This document shows positions 10,401 to 19,464 of a stretch of DNA of 64,000 nucleotides, one piece after another. Within the stretch, counting starts at the first letter, position 1. Each line of letters opens with the position of its first letter. The stretch spans positions 21,332 through 85,331 of IMG/VR virus record IMGVR_UViG_3300023174_000123. One strand, written 5' to 3'. The DNA is from a virus. Made by a program: the position numbers and the translations under genes. Below the pieces are notes generated by a model. That model was not told the DNA's origin. It made no database searches and saw nothing but the letters and a program-made list of their open reading frames with translations.

Positions 10401-11078
10401 GGCACCAGCTGGGCCAACATAGCCGCATCAGGTGGCAACCTGGTCATGGCCATAGCCGGCAACACAATAGGAACCATCAGCGCAGGTGGAGCCAACATCA
10501 CTGGTTACGCCAGTGTGTCAGGCAATGTCACAGGTGGAAACCTTGTGGGACAAAATCTCACCGCAGGTCGTGTGGCCATTGTGGGATCGGGCAAAGAAGT
10601 CAGCGACGATGCAGAATTTACCTACAACAGCTCAACCAATGTGCTCAGTGTGGCCGGCAACATAAATGCCACCAACTTTATTGGCAACCTCATTTCGGCC
10701 ACCAACGTCAGCAACGTGGGCAATTTGTATGTGCAAGGCAATATACAGTATAACCTGAACATTGATGACGGCGGCAATGTCACACAGCTCACAAACAAAT
10801 CTACCGCAGTGACCTGCAACGGTAGGACTGGTCGCATCACCACCAGCGGTGCGGCCTTGGCCGGGGGCACCGAAGTTACATTTGTGGTCAACAATACCTA
10901 TGTTCAGCAGTACGACTTGATCATACTCAACATCAAAGATCCTGTGCGGGCCAACACCTATCTGGCCACAGTGGCCGGAGTGGGCACAAACAGTTTCAAC
11001 ATTATGATTACCAATTTAGACAACAACAGTCACAGCGATGCCATCGTCTTGAGTTTTGCTGTGATACAGGTCCGATAG
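7410..11078 (+). CDS. Long tail-fibre or adhesin-like structural protein (1222 aa)
   Basis: Gly/Asn/Thr-rich; PGGPTNSIQYNAGGGSFGG motif; repeated S.TGN(I/V).GGN(L/V).T units. Confidence 0.75.
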   Translation: MSYIQNLFTSRDNNAQGNTYVGQEGRIWWNPDTNAFYYSDGNTAGGIPVGTGGGGPGVPGGPTNSIQYNAGGGSFGGSANLVVSGTGLSAVGNIAAAWFIGNVSATGNIAGGNIFSNNYLYANGQSIFANISLTGNVNLGNLYVSDQTIYGKNLNANIGLSPEGDGWVTVPKIDIDGMTIANTGTALQFDTDAGIDIQFGPGTGGNILTAGTIKPTGNNTAGLGAAGSRYTDLWLGSGNINLIDQTLNQNQQIYANQGNLIIGNATGLSFGNFLFYGNVMALANAAANIEIGTANATGWVQFNRAIAVSTQVGQTAFAVERDGTVEINVPGGIPGNTAGALNIVATADGAYQNVTNSGGVIHATGPNNSIARVTIDAFGTSVANSVFGQFIGRAGRGTANVPVALQANDVMARFGAAGWIDSTNKFAPQGLPTPTAIEMVAAEALTANTLGSKINIYVTPIGSNVRTLATTVNGNGINFPNTGAGGTGNLGITFQDGSFQNTAYSPSNSVSSLTAGAGINLSGSTGNITITNTGILGVNGTPNRVLVTSNVAGVVTLSTPQDLNTTANVTLYSLTVTDLSIIGNVSNVIPSTVDGPVVYVANTATVYNNINNSGLVIGNIANNVSAGILYKTSSNTWNFDYGNAWGITANTVYGNTGQFNDLLHVGFGNATIDFPNASLQADCNIDSYNQIVIHNHFQGANASSDFVAVANNGDDSSYYIDMGINSNVYNNADYAVTGPNDGYLYVNGGNLIIGTQTANKTIRFFTGGTNTATNVRGTLSDSGLSMVGNVSANNFAGNTVSVTTVSATTVTGTTVSATGVVTAPSITGGIVSTTGTITGGNLRTGGSISATGNVTAGNLITATTVIDGGVSTTGTVTAANISGANITASGTVSAIGNISTPNLNASIAIVSTLLSITGNIDGGNLRTSGIISTTGNATFGNVQTTGRVSVTGNIDGGNVRTAGLVTATGNISTAGYFLGDGGLLSNITASTGTKIVNGTSWANIAASGGNLVMAIAGNTIGTISAGGANITGYASVSGNVTGGNLVGQNLTAGRVAIVGSGKEVSDDAEFTYNSSTNVLSVAGNINATNFIGNLISATNVSNVGNLYVQGNIQYNLNIDDGGNVTQLTNKSTAVTCNGRTGRITTSGAALAGGTEVTFVVNNTYVQQYDLIILNIKDPVRANTYLATVAGVGTNSFNIMITNLDNNSHSDAIVLSFAVIQVR
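9770..10740 (+). repeat. Degenerate ~20-aa protein repeats (S.TGNI.GGNL.T.G) in the fibre
   Basis: Recurrent GGCAAC/GGCAAT-containing units such as TGGNLRTGG, DGGNLRTSG, DGGNVRTAG. Confidence 0.6.
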
Positions 11079-11088
11079 GAACGAAAAA

Positions 11089-11802
11089 ATGAAACGACTA
11101 CTATTCATCGCATTGTTTGCCCCTGTCCTGACTTGGGCACAGATAGCACAACAATGCCCGCAGTTCCTGCCCAATGGTCCTGTGTCCTATCAAGCACAGC
11201 CAGGCGATCAAGAACTCTGCAAAACCAACTATGCTGTTATCCATCGTTGCAACGCCAAGGCTCCTGTGGCTGTGTTTGAACACCTGACCGCAACAGGCAT
11301 GAACGGCCCTGCCAAACGCAGAGACGATTTCCGACCAGATCCTGCTGTGGTCGAGCAATGCCGTGCCAGCCTAGCAGACTATGCCACAGTGGGTCGAACA
11401 CACGATCGCGGACACATGAGTCCGGCAGCTAACAACAGCCAGAGCGACGCCATCATGAGTGAAAGTTTCTTTCTTTCAAACATGCTGGCACAGGTGGCCA
11501 ACAACAATCGTGGCGCCTGGCGCTTGTTGGAAGTGGCTGTGCGCCAGTGGGCCAGCCAACCTGGCACAGATTTCTATGTGATTTCGGGTGGCATATTTGA
11601 TCCAGGACATCTGGTCACAGGCAACGGCTTGGGAATACCTACCCGGCTTTACAAGATTGTGGTTGAACGCAACAGCCGCCAGGTTCAGGCCTACTTGTTT
11701 CCTAACGCACCTATAAGTCCAGCCACGTCTTGGCCACAATATCAGACCACCATGACCGAAATCGAGCGTGCCACAGGTATAAGGTTCAATCTAGGACAAT
11801 GA
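11089..11802 (+). CDS. Secreted DNA/RNA non-specific endonuclease (NucA/EndoG family)
   Basis: Signal peptide MKRLLFIALFAPVLTWA; DRGH catalytic motif; SESFFLSNM..Q....N.G.W..LE. Confidence 0.9.
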   Translation: MKRLLFIALFAPVLTWAQIAQQCPQFLPNGPVSYQAQPGDQELCKTNYAVIHRCNAKAPVAVFEHLTATGMNGPAKRRDDFRPDPAVVEQCRASLADYATVGRTHDRGHMSPAANNSQSDAIMSESFFLSNMLAQVANNNRGAWRLLEVAVRQWASQPGTDFYVISGGIFDPGHLVTGNGLGIPTRLYKIVVERNSRQVQAYLFPNAPISPATSWPQYQTTMTEIERATGIRFNLGQ

Positions 11803-11993
11803 GATTCTCAGAGTTTGGCAGGAGTGTATATCCCAAGTCCAAGTTAAAACCTCTTGCGGGCAGTAATATATCAAAAACAGGCACACATGTGGCCCGTTTC
11901 CAACGCAACAAAAACATCCAACCCGGCACCGAACCTTGGTTCAAATTATGGTTTGCCAAACCTGGCCTCACCGGCGAAAATCCCTATAAGTAG
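11799..11993 (+). CDS. Small basic hypothetical protein (MRFSEF..IQPGTEPWFKLWF)
   Basis: ATGA overlap with the nuclease stop; start reassigned to 11799. Confidence 0.6.
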   Translation: MRFSEFGRSVYPKSKLKPLAGSNISKTGTHVARFQRNKNIQPGTEPWFKLWFAKPGLTGENPYK

Positions 11994-11996
11994 TTG

Positions 11997-13121
11997 ATGT
12001 CAAAAGTTTACTGTGCAGCTCCTTGGCGAGGCTTGCACATCAACCCACGTGGTGATGTCAAAACCTGTTGTGCCGGCGATCCCAACATGTTGGGCAATCT
12101 CAACGAGCACAACATTGAACAGATCCTGCACGGCCCTGTCATGCAGGAAATACGCCAAACTCTGCGGCAAGGCCGCATGCACCCTGAATTTTGCCAAAAC
12201 TGCATACAGGCCGAACGCTATGGCCGCAGTGAACGTGACTGGCACAACCGTCTGAATTCAGGATTTGATCCTGACACTGTGTCTGATCAAGATCATCAAC
12301 CGGTGTTGATAGATGTGCGTTGGAATATCACCTGTAATCTCAGCTGTAACTACTGTGGAGACAAGTGCAGTAGCAAGTGGGCTGATTTAAAAGGTGTTCC
12401 AGTGCGTTCGGGCACCAGACCCTATATCGAACAGGTTTGCGAATACCTGTCACTACATCAACACAGCATACGGCAAGTGGCCCTGGTGGGCGGGGAACCC
12501 TTGTTGCTGAAAGAAAATGAATCAGTGTTGGACGTGACTCCAGATTCAGCTTTGGTCAATTTGATAACCAACCTCAGTGTGGATCTTGACACAAACCGTA
12601 TTTTCCAACGCCTGGCTCAACGACCGCGTGTGGGATGGAATGTGAGCTTTGACAATGTTGGATCACGATTTGAATATGTGCGCCACGGTGGCCGTTGGGA
12701 TCTTTTAGAAAAAAACATACAGAGAATACGGCAGTGTGTGGGACATGAAATTGGTATCCATGCTGTGTATAATGTTTACAATGCCACACGATTAGATGAG
12801 TTTGTGACCTGGGCCAAGAGCCAGCAACTTGACATACACTGGCAAAGCCTGTTCCAACCCGAATACCTGGATCCTCTGCAACTGGGTCCAGGCATACAGA
12901 AACTGGCCTTGCAAGAATTACACAGTGTCCTAGCAAGGTCTGACCTGTCATCGGGCGAGCGAGGATTTTTAGAACAAGCACGTAAAAATCTGGAGCAGGC
13001 CAAATCAGATTCCTTGATCCAGCAGTTCAAATCGCACATCGTAGAAATTGAATCAACATATCATCCAGATCAACAAGGAAAGTTCGCCCAATTATGGCCG
13101 GAACTAAGTACGTTACTATGA
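11997..13121 (+). CDS. Radical SAM enzyme with N-terminal SPASM/twitch-like Fe-S domain
   Basis: CNLSCNYC (CX3CX2C), GGEP; N-terminal CAAPW...GDVKTCC...CQNC. Confidence 0.85.
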   Translation: MSKVYCAAPWRGLHINPRGDVKTCCAGDPNMLGNLNEHNIEQILHGPVMQEIRQTLRQGRMHPEFCQNCIQAERYGRSERDWHNRLNSGFDPDTVSDQDHQPVLIDVRWNITCNLSCNYCGDKCSSKWADLKGVPVRSGTRPYIEQVCEYLSLHQHSIRQVALVGGEPLLLKENESVLDVTPDSALVNLITNLSVDLDTNRIFQRLAQRPRVGWNVSFDNVGSRFEYVRHGGRWDLLEKNIQRIRQCVGHEIGIHAVYNVYNATRLDEFVTWAKSQQLDIHWQSLFQPEYLDPLQLGPGIQKLALQELHSVLARSDLSSGERGFLEQARKNLEQAKSDSLIQQFKSHIVEIESTYHPDQQGKFAQLWPELSTLL

Positions 13122-14683
13122 GCAAAGACGCCTCTACTCTAGTTAAATCACCCTATCGCAAGCAGAGTTGGACCGATCAGCAACTGGCTGAATTCATGGC
13201 CTGTGCAGATCCTGACACAGGACCGCAGTATTTCATGGACAACTTTTTCTACATACAGCATCCCACACGAGGCAAGATGTTGTACCACCCTTTTGACTAT
13301 CAGAAACGTTTGATAGATACCTACCACAACTTCAGATACAGTATCAGCATGATGCCCAGGCAGACCGGTAAGTCAACGTCGGCTGCAGGTTACCTCCTAT
13401 GGATGGCCATGTTCCGTCCAGACTCGACCATCCTGATTGCCGCACACAAGTACACTGGCTCACAGGAGATCATGCAACGTATCCGTTATGCCTACGAACT
13501 GTGTCCAGACCATATTCGTGCCGGAGTCACCAGTTACAACAAAGGCAACCTGGATTTTGAAAACGGCAGCCGCATAGTTTCAACTACCACAACAGAAAAC
13601 ACCGGTCGTGGTATGTCCATTACCTTGCTGTATTGTGACGAGTTTGCATTCGTGCGGCCCACCATAGCCCGAGAGTTCTGGACATCCATAGCACCTACCT
13701 TGGCCACTGGTGGTAAGGCCATTATTACGTCGACGCCCAACTCAGATGAAGATCAGTTTGCCTTGCTGTGGAAAGGTGCCAACAAATGCGAAGATGCCTA
13801 CGGCAATCCCACTGAATTGGGCATCAACGGATTCAAAGCCTATCGCAGTTACTGGAACGAACACCCAGATCGTGATGAAGCCTGGGCCACTGAACAACGG
13901 GCACAGCTAGGCGAAGATCGTTTCCGGCGTGAGATGAATTGTGAATTTGTAATAAATGATGAGACCTTGATAGCTCCTGCCAAGCTCCTGGATTTACAAG
14001 GGCATGAACCTCTCTACAAAACTGGACAGGTACGCTGGTATCAACGACCTAAAAAAGATCGTACCTACGTGGTAGCACTTGATCCAAGCCTGGGCACCGG
14101 TGGCGATCCTGCGGCCATACAGGTATACGAAGCAGAAACCACTGAACAAGTGGCAGAATGGCGGCACAACAGGACCACCATACCCGAACAGGTGCGTATC
14201 TTGGCCAGCATCTGTGCCCATATCAATGAAACTGTGCAGGATCCTCAACGAGTCTATTACAGCATAGAAAACAACACCATTGGCGAAGCGGCCTTGATCA
14301 GCATAGCTGAGTACGGTGAAGAAAACATACAGGGCTATTTCCTCAGTGAACCCGGCACGGGCGGCAACCGCAGATATCGCAAAGGATTCAACACCACTAA
14401 CAAGCCCAAGTTGGCAGCCTGCAACAAGCTCAAATTGTTGATAGAAACAGCCAGAATGAAAATACGTAGCACGGGCCTGGTCAGCGAGCTCAAAACCTTT
14501 GTGGCTTCAGGCATGGGCTATGCGGCCAAACCCGGCGAAACTGACGATCTTGTCATGAGCACAGTGCTGGCAGTGCGCATGTTACAACTGCTACAAACTT
14601 ATGACAGCACCATAAACAACCAACTGCGTGACCATGGCGATGATATAAAACCGCCTATGCCCTTCATAGCAGTACTACGATAA
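13118..14683 (+). CDS. Terminase large subunit, T4 gp17-like
   Basis: PRQTGKS Walker A, LYCDEFAF Walker B, ITSTPN motif, RNase-H-fold DPSLG..D, DDLVM. Confidence 0.95.
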   Translation: MSKDASTLVKSPYRKQSWTDQQLAEFMACADPDTGPQYFMDNFFYIQHPTRGKMLYHPFDYQKRLIDTYHNFRYSISMMPRQTGKSTSAAGYLLWMAMFRPDSTILIAAHKYTGSQEIMQRIRYAYELCPDHIRAGVTSYNKGNLDFENGSRIVSTTTTENTGRGMSITLLYCDEFAFVRPTIAREFWTSIAPTLATGGKAIITSTPNSDEDQFALLWKGANKCEDAYGNPTELGINGFKAYRSYWNEHPDRDEAWATEQRAQLGEDRFRREMNCEFVINDETLIAPAKLLDLQGHEPLYKTGQVRWYQRPKKDRTYVVALDPSLGTGGDPAAIQVYEAETTEQVAEWRHNRTTIPEQVRILASICAHINETVQDPQRVYYSIENNTIGEAALISIAEYGEENIQGYFLSEPGTGGNRRYRKGFNTTNKPKLAACNKLKLLIETARMKIRSTGLVSELKTFVASGMGYAAKPGETDDLVMSTVLAVRMLQLLQTYDSTINNQLRDHGDDIKPPMPFIAVLR

Positions 14684-14693
14684 ATACACTACT

Positions 14694-16496
14694 ATGGCAA
14701 ATATAACACCCGCCCGCAAACTGTTTGATCTTTTGGTCACCAGAGATTTTGATCCAGAAATCCTGGATGCCGCTGGAAAATCCGCTGCTGATCCTAGCCA
14801 AGCGGAAATATTCAGTTTTGACTTCCGTGCTGAATCCGGCAAGGACTATGGCACTGTTGTGATCATGCTTAGTGATGACGGAGCCCTGGAAGTTTACTGT
14901 GCCGACAACGTGGGCAAAACCATGGAAGGTGCCGATAAAACCGACTGGTTCAACTTTTTAGAGCAACTCAAACATTTTGCCGTGCGCACCAATCGATTAG
15001 ATTTTGGTGTGAAGAATTTGAATCACCTGCGCTACAGCATGCAAGGACAAGCTGCCATCAAAGAAGGCTTGTTTGAGTCATGGCAAGGAAAGAAGGACGT
15101 CAGCTGGAATGCTGGCGCCAACGAAAGCCGACTCATGATCAAACACAAACGCAACCTGGGTGAAGGCGAAGCCAGATTCCGTTATGTAGAAAGCCTGTTT
15201 ATTGAAACAGCCGAAGGAGAACGTTACAAGTTACCTTTCCGCAATCTCACTGCCGGCAAGGCCATGCTGGAACATGTGCGCAATGGTGGCCGTCCTTATG
15301 ACCTACGTGGACAACACATTGCTGAAATGGTCACGGAACTCACTGTGCTGAGTCGATTTAGACGTGCCAATGCTGGCAAGCTGTTAGAAGGTGACACTGC
15401 CCAGCTGGTCGAGCGTGCCAATGTCTACTACGAAAACTTACAAAAAAATCTCAAGAGCTTGACCAACCGCAGAGGTTACCACACATATTTTGAATCATGG
15501 ACTCCCTTGGACGTAAAAGAAGAGACTGTGGTCATAGAAGGACTCAAGCACTTGTTTGTCACACAAAGCATTGATCAGCGGATCGAAGATGCCTTGCCAG
15601 TGATAGCCCGAATACAACAACAGGAAAACGCTATGAAAGAAGCCAACATATTTGAAGCCTGGGCCAATCAGCTCATGGAAGGAACCTGGCAAACACCAGA
15701 CACACCCGAAAAGCAAGCCAAGCTGATCGAACTGCTCAGCCAAGACTTGCCAGTGGGTGCGGATGCTACCAATGCCACCGAACAGTTGTATGATCTCATT
15801 GGTGATGATGAACTGTTTGACCAACTGCAGGAATTGGCCGATCGTGATGCCAATGCCGACGCACGCCAGATCGTGTTGAACCGCATGCAGGAATTGGCAC
15901 ATGATCCTGACATCATGAAGGTCATCACCAGCTTGAACATCGATGACAAGTATGCAATGAATCCGCCTGAGCAGACACCCGCTGATCTTGGCTCAGAAGA
16001 AGACAAGGTTGAAGAAATGTTGGGCGGTGATGCCGCAGATGACCTGATCACCGACATCGAAGTGCCTGAGCAAGGCGAGGAAATGGAAGAAACTGTCAAA
16101 GATCCTGCCACACAGACCGAAGATCCACCAGGTGCTGGCCAGCCAGCCTATCCAGAATATGATCAAGACTTGAGTAGTATCTTGAAACATGCTGGTGTGC
16201 CTGCTCAAGAAAGACCTGCACCAGACTACGAACTAGAAGTGGCCGAAACGGCCAATCCTGGTGTGACCCCGGCCGACATTGACGGTGTGCCCACAGAGGA
16301 ACTTGATGAAGCCAGCCGTTGCAACATGACCGAAGCTGGTGAAAGTTGCCCAGTTCATGGACTCAAAGAGTGTGGCATGTACGAAGCCTCAGCCCTGCAA
16401 GGACAGTATGGACACAGCGGCCGCATGAAACCGGTGGCCCAAGATACTGGATTCTTGACCCGCCTCAAAGAACTAAGCGGCATGATCAAAACCTAG
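14694..16496 (+). CDS. Large hypothetical late protein with acidic C-terminus
   Basis: 600-aa ORF, TAAATA at 14681-14686; CNMTEAGESCPVHGLKEC Cys/His cluster. Confidence 0.7.
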   Translation: MANITPARKLFDLLVTRDFDPEILDAAGKSAADPSQAEIFSFDFRAESGKDYGTVVIMLSDDGALEVYCADNVGKTMEGADKTDWFNFLEQLKHFAVRTNRLDFGVKNLNHLRYSMQGQAAIKEGLFESWQGKKDVSWNAGANESRLMIKHKRNLGEGEARFRYVESLFIETAEGERYKLPFRNLTAGKAMLEHVRNGGRPYDLRGQHIAEMVTELTVLSRFRRANAGKLLEGDTAQLVERANVYYENLQKNLKSLTNRRGYHTYFESWTPLDVKEETVVIEGLKHLFVTQSIDQRIEDALPVIARIQQQENAMKEANIFEAWANQLMEGTWQTPDTPEKQAKLIELLSQDLPVGADATNATEQLYDLIGDDELFDQLQELADRDANADARQIVLNRMQELAHDPDIMKVITSLNIDDKYAMNPPEQTPADLGSEEDKVEEMLGGDAADDLITDIEVPEQGEEMEETVKDPATQTEDPPGAGQPAYPEYDQDLSSILKHAGVPAQERPAPDYELEVAETANPGVTPADIDGVPTEELDEASRCNMTEAGESCPVHGLKECGMYEASALQGQYGHSGRMKPVAQDTGFLTRLKELSGMIKT

Positions 16497-16515
16497 CATC
16501 TGAACAACCGCGTCA

Positions 16516-16553
16516 TAAATACACTTGACGCTACGAAATAAAGCGTATATACT
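16516..16553 (+). promoter_or_regulatory. Tandem late (TAAATA) and sigma70-like (TTGACG-17-TATACT) promoters for the ssb gene
   Basis: TAAATA 16516-16521, TTGACG 16525-16530, TATACT 16548-16553. Confidence 0.7.
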
Positions 16554-16654
16554 AACTCAAGTGTATGCGCTTTTTACTTTAGCATCACAGGCAACGTAAC
16601 ATCTAAACATTTAGATAGGCAACACATAGTAAACTTTAGAAAGGCAACTCAACT

Positions 16655-17638
16655 ATGGCATCATTAGCAGAAATTCGCGCAAGACTAGCCGCCAGCGAAT
16701 CCAAACAAGGCGGAAACTCCACAGGCGGTGACAACTCGATTTACCCACATTGGAACATGGAAGAAGGCCAAAGTGCCACACTCCGTTTCTTGCCTGATGG
16801 TAATTCAAAGAACACATTCTTTTGGCAAGAACGAGCCATGATCCGCTTGCCATTCAATGGCATCAAAGGCGAAGCAGATTCTAAACAAGTTTATGTCCAA
16901 GTGCCATGCATGGAGATGTGGCAAGAGACCTGCCCAGTGCTCACAGAAGTTCGCACCTGGTTCAAGGACAAAGCACTAGAAGACATGGGTCGCAAGTATT
17001 GGAAAAAACGCAGTTATATTTTTCAAGGCTTTGTGCGTGAGAATCCCTTGGCCGATGACAAGAGCCCCGAGAATCCAATCCGTAGATTTATCATTGGTCC
17101 ACAGATCTTCACCATCATCAAAGGCGCACTGATGGATCCAGAACTGGAAGAATTGCCAACAGACTTGTTGCGTGGCTTGGACTTCCGTATCACCAAGACC
17201 AGCAAAGGTGGTTTTGCAGACTACAACAGTAGTAAATGGGCACGCAAAGAAAGCGCACTCACAGAAGCCGAACAAGCCGCAGTAGACAAGTATGGCCTGT
17301 TTGATTTGAGCACATTCTTGCCCAAGAAGCCAAGCGAAGCCGAAGTCAAGGTCATCAAGGAAATGTTTGAAGCATCAGTGGATGGTCAGACCTATGATAC
17401 CGAACGTTGGGGTCAATATTTCCGCCCAGCAGGCGTCAATGCTCCAGCTGGTGGATCTGGTGCCGCACACGCCGACGAAGATGCTCCAGCACCTGCGGCC
17501 CGACCAGCTCCTGCGACATCAAGTAGTTTTGATGAAGACGATGCACCGGCAGTAGCAAGTGCACCAGTAGAAGCCAAACCTTCGACTCAAAAGGCCGAAG
17601 ACATCTTGGCCATGATCCGGGCTAGACAAAAGCAGTAA
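16655..17638 (+). CDS. Single-stranded DNA-binding protein, T4 gp32-like
   Basis: LRFLPD, VPC......CPV, YWKKRSY, G.DF.I.K....ADY..SKW; acidic/Ala-Pro tail; upstream of uvsX. Confidence 0.9.
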   Translation: MASLAEIRARLAASESKQGGNSTGGDNSIYPHWNMEEGQSATLRFLPDGNSKNTFFWQERAMIRLPFNGIKGEADSKQVYVQVPCMEMWQETCPVLTEVRTWFKDKALEDMGRKYWKKRSYIFQGFVRENPLADDKSPENPIRRFIIGPQIFTIIKGALMDPELEELPTDLLRGLDFRITKTSKGGFADYNSSKWARKESALTEAEQAAVDKYGLFDLSTFLPKKPSEAEVKVIKEMFEASVDGQTYDTERWGQYFRPAGVNAPAGGSGAAHADEDAPAPAARPAPATSSSFDEDDAPAVASAPVEAKPSTQKAEDILAMIRARQKQ

Positions 17639-17654
17639 TACATAGTATCATACA

Positions 17655-17685
17655 GCACAGGGGAGAGATCCCTTGTGCCTCTTCT
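17655..17685 (+). terminator. Hairpin with GAGA tetraloop after ssb (weak terminator or processing site)
   Basis: GCACAGGGA-GAGA-TCCCTTGTGC followed by CTCTTCTT. Confidence 0.5.
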
Positions 17686-17701
17686 TAACTATAGGTGAAT
17701 T

Positions 17702-18760
17702 ATGGGTAAACCATTTGATGTAAGTAAATTTCGAAAAGAAATAACAAAAAGTATTGACGGCCTCAGTATTGGCTTCAACGATCCCACTGACTGGATCAGC
17801 ACAGGCAACTACGCACTCAACTACTTGATAAGCGGAGACTTCAACAAAGGCATTCCACTCGGTAAAGTGACAGTATTTGCCGGCGAGTCTGGTGCTGGCA
17901 AGAGTTATATCTGTAGTGGTAATATTGCTAGGAACGCACAACAGCAAGGTATTTTTGTTGTGTTGATTGACAGTGAAAACGCACTAGATGAGGATTGGCT
18001 CAAGGCCTTGGGTGTAGACACCAGTGAAAGCAAATTGCTGAAATTAAGCATGGCCATGATCGACGATGTGGCCAAAACCATCTCAACATTTATGAGTGAC
18101 TACAAAGCACTACCCGACGGTGAGCGTCCTAAAGTCATGTTTATCATTGACAGCTTGGGCATGCTATTGACACCCACTGATGTCAATCAATTTGATGCAG
18201 GTGAAATGAAAGGCGACCTGGGTCGCAAGCCTAAGGCATTGACAGCACTTGTGCGTAACTGTGTCAACATGTTTGGTAGTTACAACGTAGGCCTGGTATG
18301 TACCAATCATACCTATGCGTCACAGGACATGTTTGATCCTGACGACAAAATTTCAGGCGGACAAGGCTTTATCTATGCGTCAAGTATCGTGGTCGCTATG
18401 AAGAAAATGAAACTCAAAGAGGACGAAGATGGCAACAAGATTTCAGAAGTCATGGGCATCCGTGCCGGTTGTAAAGTAATGAAAACACGCTATGCCAAAC
18501 CCTTTGAAGGTGTGCAGGTCAAGATTCCGTATGAAACAGGCATGAATCCTTACAGTGGACTTGTGGACTTGGCTGAAAAGAAAGGCTTGCTAAAAAAGGA
18601 TGGCAACAGACTCATGTTTGTGACATCGGATGGGGAGATAATCAAACAGTTCCGCAAGGCCTGGGAAAACAACGAAGAAGGATGCTTGGACAAGGTCATG
18701 GCTGATTTTGCAAATCAGAAGGAAACGGTAAGTACTGAAGAAACAGCCACGGAGGAATAA
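17702..18760 (+). CDS. uvsX: RecA-like recombinase UvsX
   Basis: GESGAGKS Walker A, IDSENA, IIDSLG, NHTY, SGG. Confidence 0.93.
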   Translation: MGKPFDVSKFRKEITKSIDGLSIGFNDPTDWISTGNYALNYLISGDFNKGIPLGKVTVFAGESGAGKSYICSGNIARNAQQQGIFVVLIDSENALDEDWLKALGVDTSESKLLKLSMAMIDDVAKTISTFMSDYKALPDGERPKVMFIIDSLGMLLTPTDVNQFDAGEMKGDLGRKPKALTALVRNCVNMFGSYNVGLVCTNHTYASQDMFDPDDKISGGQGFIYASSIVVAMKKMKLKEDEDGNKISEVMGIRAGCKVMKTRYAKPFEGVQVKIPYETGMNPYSGLVDLAEKKGLLKKDGNRLMFVTSDGEIIKQFRKAWENNEEGCLDKVMADFANQKETVSTEETATEE

Positions 18761-18763
18761 AGG

Positions 18764-19012
18764 ATGTCAGTAGAATTAAGCCGAGAAATTTGGGACGAAC
18801 TCAAACGTTATGTAAACCCTCAAGATCGTAACGAAGCTGCAGAAACCTTGATCAATGTCCTGATTGACAATGATGTTGATGCCGACGAAATCCGAGAAAC
18901 ATTTAAAGGCGACAGCGAAGTAAAACGTGCCTTGACCAGTTATCTGAAAGATCATGAAGATGAAGAGGATAACGAAGAAGAGGATTACGAGGACGAGGAC
19001 GAGGATTATTGA
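18764..19012 (+). CDS. Small acidic hypothetical protein
   Basis: SD, Asp/Glu tail, lies between uvsX and uvsY. Confidence 0.65.
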   Translation: MSVELSREIWDELKRYVNPQDRNEAAETLINVLIDNDVDADEIRETFKGDSEVKRALTSYLKDHEDEEDNEEEDYEDEDEDY

Positions 19013-19464
19013 TGTGGTATAGTCGTGTGGTCGCTGATCTGGGTGCTATTCCAGACTTTATAGCCTACTACGAAAACGAGCTGGAAGATGCCAAACGTGA
19101 TGTGCGTGTGGGCGGTCTAATTGAAAAAAACATCAAAGAATTGCCCGGTATCACCGAACACAGATTTAATCAGCTCCAAGAAATTGAAGCCATACTTAAT
19201 CACTTGAATATACAGTTGAGAAAGATTCGTAGAAAACACTTTCAAAAATATCTAGAAGGCTATCAACGTGCCTTGACTTCAAGAGATGCAGAGAAGTATG
19301 TGGATGGTGAGGACGAAGTCATCGACTTTGAAACCATTATCAACGAAGTGGCCTTGTTGCGCAATCGTTGGTTGGGTATCATGAAAGGCCTGGATTCAAA
19401 ATCATGGATGAGCGGTCATATTGTGCGTCTACGCACAGCCGGCATGGAAGACATACAGGTATGA
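19012..19464 (+). CDS. uvsY: Recombination mediator UvsY-like
   Basis: Helical protein with DAEKYVDGE and KGLDSK.W....IV.LR motifs; adjacent to uvsX. Confidence 0.75.
   Translation: MWYSRVVADLGAIPDFIAYYENELEDAKRDVRVGGLIEKNIKELPGITEHRFNQLQEIEAILNHLNIQLRKIRRKHFQKYLEGYQRALTSRDAEKYVDGEDEVIDFETIINEVALLRNRWLGIMKGLDSKSWMSGHIVRLRTAGMEDIQV

Noticed and set aside
9770-10740. Repeats in the fibre gene as DGR template/variable repeats or a CRISPR array
   Set aside because: They are degenerate in-frame protein repeats; no reverse transcriptase and no adenine-specific near-identical pair seen.
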